NCBI RefSeq assembly: GCF_964355755.1
Contig: NC_092680.1
Span: forward strand, 20,655,045-20,719,044
Source of the DNA: Antedon mediterranea
Lineage: Eukaryota; Animalia; Echinodermata
DNA length: 64,000 nt
Direction: 5' to 3'
Below the pieces are notes generated by a model. It made no database searches and was not told the origin of the DNA. It saw only the letters and a list, made by a program, of their open reading frames with translations. Numbering within the stretch: position 1 is the stretch's first letter; each line of letters begins with the position of its first letter. Of this stretch, positions 14,601 to 23,600 are shown one piece after another. Made by a program: the position numbers and the translations under genes.

Positions 14601-17600
14601 ACAAGACAAAAAGATCAGTATCACCTGCCATTTACTCGAACTAGACTTAAAATGAATACCCTTGTATATACTGGACCTAAACTCTGGAATTCTCTTCCTT
14701 TATCTCTTAAAAAATCTCATAACTGTGCTTTATTTAAACGTCAATTTAAACTATTATTGGTTGAAGGTTCTTTGTAAATTCTTTTATTATTGACATATTT
14801 GATATTTCTTAAATAATTTATATAATCTATTTAGTTATCCGCACTTGGCGGATAACTCCTTGTGATTGTATGGGATCATCATTTTTTTTTTTTTGGTTAT
14901 CCGCAACTAGTAAGTTGCGGATAACCCTTGTTATTGTAAAAATCTTTTTTTTCATCTTTATTCTTCTTTCTTTCCCAGATTTTTGTTGCAGCTATATCTC
15001 AAATTTTTATAGACATAACTTTTTATAACTTTGTCATAAGATTGACCTGTAGCTGTAGATGTGCAGGAAACTTCATTATATGACGTTAGAGTCGCGCAGC
15101 GTAAGTTACGCGCGATTTTATGAATTTCAACGATTGATCATAGATTATAAACCAAAAGTCATTTTGTATTGACACTTGGTGAAAATTTAAGTCATATCAA
15201 GGGCAAACTTTCTATGGATTAAAAATGGCATGTTTTACAAGAAGTTACGCGCGCACGCGCATTTGAAGTTTCAAAATGCGCAAAATTAATTTCTAACCAA
15301 CTTTCTGCGCTGATCATGACATTTTGAGCATGTCAAAAATTACCGCGCGCGCGAAAATATTTACGCGTATGGTGCGCACGGAGTACGAAAATCATGTTTT
15401 TTTCTCTTGAATTGTAATTTTCCAGCCTTTCCTAGTCATTTTAAAAAAGATTGACATCATTTCAAATTAAAATGACGTCATATGAACACGTTGATTTAGG
15501 CAATTTGCGTGCGTTTTAGTTGCAAAAGTGACAAAATATTGTCAAAATTATGCTTACTTTGAATCTATTATAGCTCCTCAGGATCAACCGTTACCCCCAA
15601 TTTTTTTAATTTAATATGTAAGCAGATATGTTGTAGATATGAATTCATGCAGAATCTTTATCCCTCGGATGTTATGACGTCATCGTATGGCCACACGAAT
15701 GTAAAATATTGGATTTTTGACTGTTTGGCTATTGCTCATTACATTAAATAGAGCGCATATCACTTATACGTATTCCATTTCCCCAGATATTTTAATACTG
15801 TCTAGGTCAATCAACTATATTTCGCATGAGTTAAAAATATTTTAATTTTTATGACGTCATCATTTCTAAAAATGTAAATAACGTGGGTCACCTATTTTCA
15901 TCTTTACAGTAAATTTCAATCTGTTATAGCTCGTCAGGATAAAAAGTGATCATCATGATTAAAACGTTTTCTGGAAGCTATTGGATTGTAGATACAAATT
16001 CATGTGAATATTTTGCCAATCAGATGTTGTGACGTCATCATATGGCCAGTTGAATACAAAAAGTCGTATTTTCATATTTTGCGTCATAGTTCATCACATT
16101 TAAAAGAGCGCGCATCTGTATTTTACGGATTTAAATTTCTTAAAATTTGTATTAATGTAATTATTTAGATAATTATCTTCTAAAATTGTTATCTTTATAG
16201 GTCGATTTGATGACGTCATCGTGTTAATAATTGGATTTAAAAGATGGGTCTCGTAATATCGTCTATGCTACACTGTATATAACATATACAGCATATTCTG
16301 TAAACACTGTAATATGATGTATGCTACAAAATAGGTACAATTCAGCACTGTAAACATATTTATTTCATGTCATAGGATGGAATAATAATTGTCGAGGTTC
16401 ATATGGTTAAGTAGGTGCATGTTGCGTTTGCGCGGATAACCCGAACTCGTCAAAGTGACGAGTTCAAATCTAGTTTTTCTGTATTATTAGTTATCCGCTT
16501 AGTAGCGGATAATTAGTTATCCGCTTAGTAGCGGATAACTTCTTGTAATCGTCCTGTTACTTTTTTTCTTATTTCTTTCTCCTCCATTTTTGTGCCTCAC
16601 GTATCTCAAAAACTTGTAAACATAACATTTCATAACTTTGTCAACATATGGGCATTTACGTGAAGTTGTGCACCTCCTATTTTTGAATGACGTCAGAGTT
16701 GCGCAACGTGACTTACGTGCGATTTTATGATTTTTTATGATTGATCATAGACTAAAAACCAAGCATAAATTTGTTTTGACACTTTGTGAAAATTTAAGTC
16801 ATATCAAGGGCAAACTTTTTGTGGATTAAAAATGCCATGTTTTACAAGACGTTACGCGCGCACGCGCATTTCTCCTCTATTTTTGTATCTCGCGTATCTC
16901 AAAAACGTGTAAACATAACATTTCATAACTTTGTCAACATATGGGCATTCACGTGAAGTTGTGTACCTCCTATTGTGAATGACGTCAGAAATGCGCAACG
17001 TGACTTACGCACGATTTTATGAATTTCGCGTATTTAACATAGATTTAAAACCATATAACAATTTAAATTGAAACTTAGCAAAAGTTTAATTTATATCATG
17101 CGCTAACTTTCTGTGGAAAAAAAATTGCGTGTTTTACACAAAGTTACGCGCGCACGCGCATTTAAAATTCAAAATGCGCAAAATTAATTTTTAATCAACT
17201 TTCTACGCTGATCATGACATTTTGACCATGTCAAAATTTCCCACGCGCGCGAACAATTTTATGCGCGTGGTGCGCACGTAGCGCTAAAAGTATTTTTTTT
17301 TTATTGAATTATGTTTTTCCAGCCTTTTATAGTAATTTTACCAATTTTAAAACAATTTCGACTTACAATTACTTCATACGGGCACGTTGAATTGGATATT
17401 TTACGTGCGTTTTTTATGAAAAAGTTCAAAAATTTGTCAAAATTATGCCTTTTTTTAAACAGTCATAGATTCTAAACAACGAGGTGAACTTTTTTTTAAT
17501 TACATATTCTGGAAGTTGATGAGTTGTAGAAATCGGATCATGAATCAATATGGCTAACCGGACATTGTGACGTCATCGTATTGCCACACGAATGTAAAAT

Positions 17601-20600
17601 ATAGGATTTTTGTCTCTTTCGTTATTGCTCATCATATTCAATGGAGCGCATCACGCCTATCTGTAATCCTTTTTCTCTGAGATTTTAATATTGTCTAGGT
17701 CAATCAACTATCTTACGCATGAGTTAAAAATATTTTAATTTTTATGACGTCATCATGCCTAAAAATTTAAATTACGTGTGGCATAAATTTCATATTTACA
17801 GTAAAATTTAATCTGTTATAGCTCGTAAGAATGAAATGTGATAATCATTATTAAAACGTTTTCTGGAAGCTATTGAATTGTAGATACGAAATCATGTGAA
17901 CATTTTGCTAATCGGATGTTGTGACGTCATCATATGGCCAGTTATATAAAAAAAGTCGTATTTTCATCTTTTGCGTTATAATTAATTACATTTAAAAGAG
18001 CGCACATCAATATTTCACGTATTCAAATTTCTTGTACACGGTAATATGTTGTTGCTGAGATAATTTCCTTCCGAAATTGCTACCTTCGCGTTTCATTTTG
18101 AAACCGTCAGCATGTTAAAAATTGGAATAAATAGCGGGTCCCGTATTTTCCCTTATTCTACACTGTATGTGATTGTGATATGTACAGTATACAGATTATA
18201 CTGTGTATACTATATGACACAAAATAACAGAATTCAGCAATAACAACATAATCATATTCTTCAGTCCAGGTCATAATGCCATAATCTTTTTCCGTGTGCA
18301 ATATTCCAACGTATGACGTGCTCGTGGCGTTTGTCGTGCGGATAACTAACTCGTCAAAGTGACGAGTTTCATGTCTAGTTTTCACTTGTTTTTTTTAGTT
18401 CTAAACATGTTAAACTTGTGTTAGAGAAAAGATATTAGTTTAATTGTTGTTTTTTTGGAGTTTCTAATTGTGTTATATTATTTATATTTTATTTGTTTTG
18501 TTTTGAGGAGCCTATTCACCACAAGCTTTGCTTTCTTTTAGGCTCCTCCACTTTATATTTATATATTTGTAAAGTGAAATAAATAAATGAAATGAAATGA
18601 ATGAAATACAGTAAGTGTATAATTGTGAAAAAAAATTACCTTATTTTGCAATGATAGTGATTTACCATCATGTACGAGGCATGTCACTATTTCTAAGTTA
18701 GGTTCGGTATCATGCAGGTACTTTTCATAACGCAAATACAAATGAAGTGGAGTGTCTCCATCCTTGATGAACAAAATCATAATCATAAGTTTAATATATT
18801 GATGCTACATAAAGTAATAATTGATAAGTCTTAAATAGACAACCAATAAATGTATAGCAAAACACATCTCATCACAAATGGTAAAGTATACTGTGTGTAT
18901 TCTCTTGCAACTTAATCCTGTAGTAAATTTGTTGCAGTTAAGTTCATTATAATTTACTTCATTGTCTACATTTGTTACAGTATCTTTAGATAGTAATTTA
19001 TGCAATCTTATGAATTGTTATACTTAGTCTTGAAAATAATTTCATTTTGAAATGAGTAAATTATTTCTTTTTTGTTAATCCAATACAAGAAAACAAATAA
19101 GTATGTAATAAGTATGTGTAAATGTGTGTATGTCCTGTCATACAGTAATTGTGTAATTATTGTAAATAAAACAATTACCTTATTTTGCAATGACAATGAT
19201 TCCCCATGCTGTTGTATGAAGAATTTCACTATTTCCAAGGTACAATATCTATTACTCACATACAAATGAAGTGGAGTGTTTCCATCCTTTATAAACAAAA
19301 TCATAATCATAAGTTCAATAATATTGATAACAGCTATATAAGTAATTGATAAATGCTAAATAGACAACCAATAAATGTATAGCAAAACACATCTCATCAC
19401 AAATGGTAAAGTATACTGTGTGTACTCTCTTGCAACTTAATCCTGTAGTAATTTTGTTGCAGTTAAGTTCATTATAATTTACATCATTGTCTACATTTGT
19501 TACAGTATCTTTACATAGTAATTTATGCAATCTTATGAATAATTGTTATACCTAGTCTTGAAAATAATTTCATTTTGAAATGAGTAAATTATTTCTTTTT
19601 TGTTAATCCAATACAAGAAAACCAATAAGTATTTAATAAGTATGTGTAAATGTGTGTATGTACTGTCATACAGTAAGTGTATAATTGTGAAAAAAAATTA
19701 CCTTATTTTGCAATGATAGTGATTTACCATCATGTACGAGGCATGTCACTATTTCTAAGGTAGGTTGTGGATAGCTTCTACTCACATACAAATGAAGTGG
19801 AGTGTCTCCATCCTTGATGAACAAAATCATAATCATAAGTTTAATATATTGATGCTACATAAAGTAATAATTGATAAGTCTTAAATAGACAACCAATAAA
19901 TGTATAGCAAAACACATCTCATCACAAATGGTAAAGTATACTGTGTGTATTCTCTTGCAACTTAATCCTGTAGTAAATTTGTTGCAGTTAAGTTCATTAT
20001 AATTTACTTCATTGTCTACATTTGTTACAGTATCTTTACATAGTAATTTATGCAATCTTATGAATTGTTATACTTAGTCGTGAAAATAATTTCATTTTGA
20101 AATGAGTAAATTATTTCTTTTTTGTTAATCCAATACAAGAAAACCAATAAGTATTTAATAAGTATGTGTAAATGTGTGTATGTACTGTCATATCAAGCTG
20201 CAGACCTGTTACATGTGGTGTCCCCAAGGGTTCGATTCTGGGCCCACTTCTCTTCATAATTTATGCAAATGATTTCAATAATATATCTAATGTCATGTCG
20301 TCAATACTGTTTGCGGATGATTCAAGTCTGTTTTATTCACATGATGATCCATCTCTGTGACATCGTTAATCAAGAACTAAAAAAGGTTACTACTTGGATA
20401 CATGCAAACAAGCTATCACTAAATATGCTAAAAACCAATTTTATGTTGTTTAGTAACAAATATAGTATGTTACCAAAAGATATTATTTTCAACAATGTTC
20501 CTATTAATCAAATAACCAACACAAAATTTCTTGGTATATTTATTGACGACAGACTTGACTGGAAAGCTCATGTTAATTACCTTTGCAAATTATTATCAAA

Positions 20601-23600
20601 AAATGTTGGCATGATGTATAAATTGAAATCAATATTTCCTCAAAAAGTATTAAATATTTTATATTCTACTCTTATTTTATCGTACTTAAATTATGGTGTT
20701 CTTGCTTGGGGAAATGCTTCAAAATCAATTATTACTAAAATTTTATTAATCCAGAAACGAGCTGTCAGAATTATCTCAGGGGTAACTTTTCGTGCTCACA
20801 CCCAAGATCTCTTTCAAAAAAATAAAATATTAAAAATTGAGGATCTCTATAGATTTAATGTTGGTGTCATCATGTTTCAATTAACCGCCGGACACTTACC
20901 ACCTATAATATCCAGTAAATTCACTCAAAATAAACAATACCACACTCATCAAACAAGACAAAAAGATCAGTATCACCTGCCATTTACTCGAACTAGACTT
21001 AAAATGAATACCCTTGTATATACTGGACCTAAACTCTGGAATTCTCTTCCTTTATCTCTTAAAAAATCTCATAACTGTGCTTTATTTAAACGTCAATTTA
21101 AACTATTATTGGTTGAAGGTTCTTTGTAAATTCTTTTATTATTGACATATTTGATATTTCTTAAATAATTTATATAATCTATTTTTCACTTGTTTTTTTT
21201 AGTTCTAAACATGTTAAACTTGTGTTAGAGAAAAGATATTAGTTTAATTGTTGTTTTTTTGGAGTTTCTAATTGTGTTATATTATTTATATTTTATTTGT
21301 TTTGTTTTGAGGAGCCTATTCACCACAAGCTTTGCTTTCTTTTAGGCTCCTCCACTTTATATTTATATATTTGTAAAGTGAAATAAATAAATGAAATGAA
21401 ATGAATGAAATACAGTAAGTGTATAATTGTGAAAAAAAATTACCTTATTTTGCAATGATAGTGATTTACCATCATGTACGAGGCATGTCACTATTTCTAA
21501 GTTAGATCCGGTATCATGCAGGTACTTTTCATAACGCAAATACAAATGAAGTGGAGTGTCTCCATCCTTGATGAACAAAATCATAATCATAAGTTTAATA
21601 TATTTATGCTACATAAAGTAATAATTGATAAGTGCTAAATAGACAACCAATAAATGTATAGCAAAACACATCTCATCATAGATGGTAAAGTATGCTGTGT
21701 GTATTCTCTTGCAACTTATTCCTGTAGTAAATTTGTTGCAGTTAAGTTCATTATAATTTACGTCATTGTCTACCTTTGTTACAGTATCTTATAGTAATTT
21801 ATGCAATCTTATGAATTGTTATACTTAGTCGTGAAAATAATTTCATTTTGAAATGAGTAAATTATTTCTTTTTTGTTAATCCAATACAAGAAAACAAATA
21901 AGTATGTAATAAGTATGTGTAAATGTGTGTATGTACTGTCATACAGTAATTGTGTTTTATTGTAAATAAAACAATTACCTGATTTTGCAATGACAATGAT
22001 GCACCATGCTGTTGTATGAGGAATTCCACTATTTCCAAGGTACAATTTATATTTCTCACATACAAATGAAGTGGAGTGTTTCCATCCTTGATAAACAAAA
22101 TCATAATCATAAGTTCAATAATATTGATAACAGCTATATAAGTAATTGATAAGTGCTAAATAGACAACCAATAAATGTATAGCAAAACACATCTCATCAC
22201 AAATGGTAAAGTATGCTGTGTGTATTCTCTTGCAACTTAATCATGTAGTAAATTTGTTGCAGTTAAGTTCATTATAATTTACGTCATTGTCTACCTTTGT
22301 TACAGTATCTTATAGTAATTTATGCAATCTTATGAATTGTTATACTTAGTCGTGAAAATAATTTCATTTTGAAAAGAGTAAATTATTTCTTTTTTGTTAA
22401 TCCAATACAAGAAAACAAATAAGTATGTAATAAGTATGTGTAAATGTGTGTATGTATAGTGTCATACAGTAATTGTGTATTATTGTAAATAAAACAATTA
22501 CCTTATTTTCCAATGACAATGATGCACCATGCTGTTGTATGAGGAATTCCACTGTTTCCAAGGTACAATATCTAATAATCACATACAAATGAAGTGGAGT
22601 GTTTCCATCCTTGATGAATAAAATCATAATAATAAGTTCAATAGATTGATAACAGCTATATAAGTAATTGATAAATGCTAAATAGCCAACAACAAAAAAG
22701 TATGTAATAAAATAATGTATGTAAGTTTGTGTATGTACTGTCATAAAGTAATTGTGTATTATTGTAAATAAAACAATTACCTTATTTTGCAATGACAATG
22801 ATGCCTCATGCTGTTGTATGAGGACTTTCACTATTTCCAAGGTACAATATTGATAACACAGATATGAATGAAGTGGAGTATTTCCATCCTTTATAAACAA
22901 AATCATAATCATAAGTTCAATAATATTTATAAAATCTATATAAGTAATTGATAAGTGCTAAATAGACAACCAATAAATGTATAGCAAAACACATCTCATC
23001 ACAAATGGTAAAGTATACTGTGTGTATTCTCTTGCAACTTAATCCTGTAGTAAATTTGTTGCAGTTATTAGTTTATTATAATTTACATCATTGTCTACCT
23101 TTGTTACAGTATCTTTACATAGTAATTTATGCAATCTTATGAATCGTTATACCTAGTCTTGAAAATAATTTCATTTTGAAATGAGTAAATTATTTCTTTT
23201 TTGTTAATCCAATACAAGAAAACAAATAAGTATGTAATAAGTATGTGTAAATGTGTGTATGTACTGTCATACAGTAATTGTGTATTATTGTAAATAAAAC
23301 AATTACCTTATTTTGCAATGACAATGATGCACCATGCTGTTGTATGAGGAATTCCACTATTTCCAAGGTACAATTTATATTTCTCACATACAAATGAAGT
23401 GGAGTGTTTCCATCCTTGATAAACAAAATCATAATCATAAGTTCAATAATATTGATAACAGCTATAAGTAATTGATAAGTGCTAAATAGACAACCAATAA
23501 ATGTATAGCAAAACACATCTCATCACAAATGGTAAAGTATGCTGTGTGTATTCTCTTGCAACTTATTCCTGTAGTAAATTTGTTGCAGTTAAGTTCATTA

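Larger units (their letters stand above)
13836..18605 (+). mobile_element. 5'-truncated LINE (RT C-terminal half, copy 1) with Helentron-type insertions in its 3' UTR
   Basis: ORF 13815-14777 has GVPKGSILGPLLF, FADDS and KFLGI; (AATGA)n tail at ~18585-18605; inserted at cassette site actgtcata/cagtaa. Confidence 0.9.

Noticed and set aside
22397-22912. 171-aa ORF joining two ankyrin repeats without splicing
   Set aside because: The intervening 171 bp is a shortened cassette intron with intact GT/AG that happens to lack stops; the sister unit at 25481-25644 is not open.
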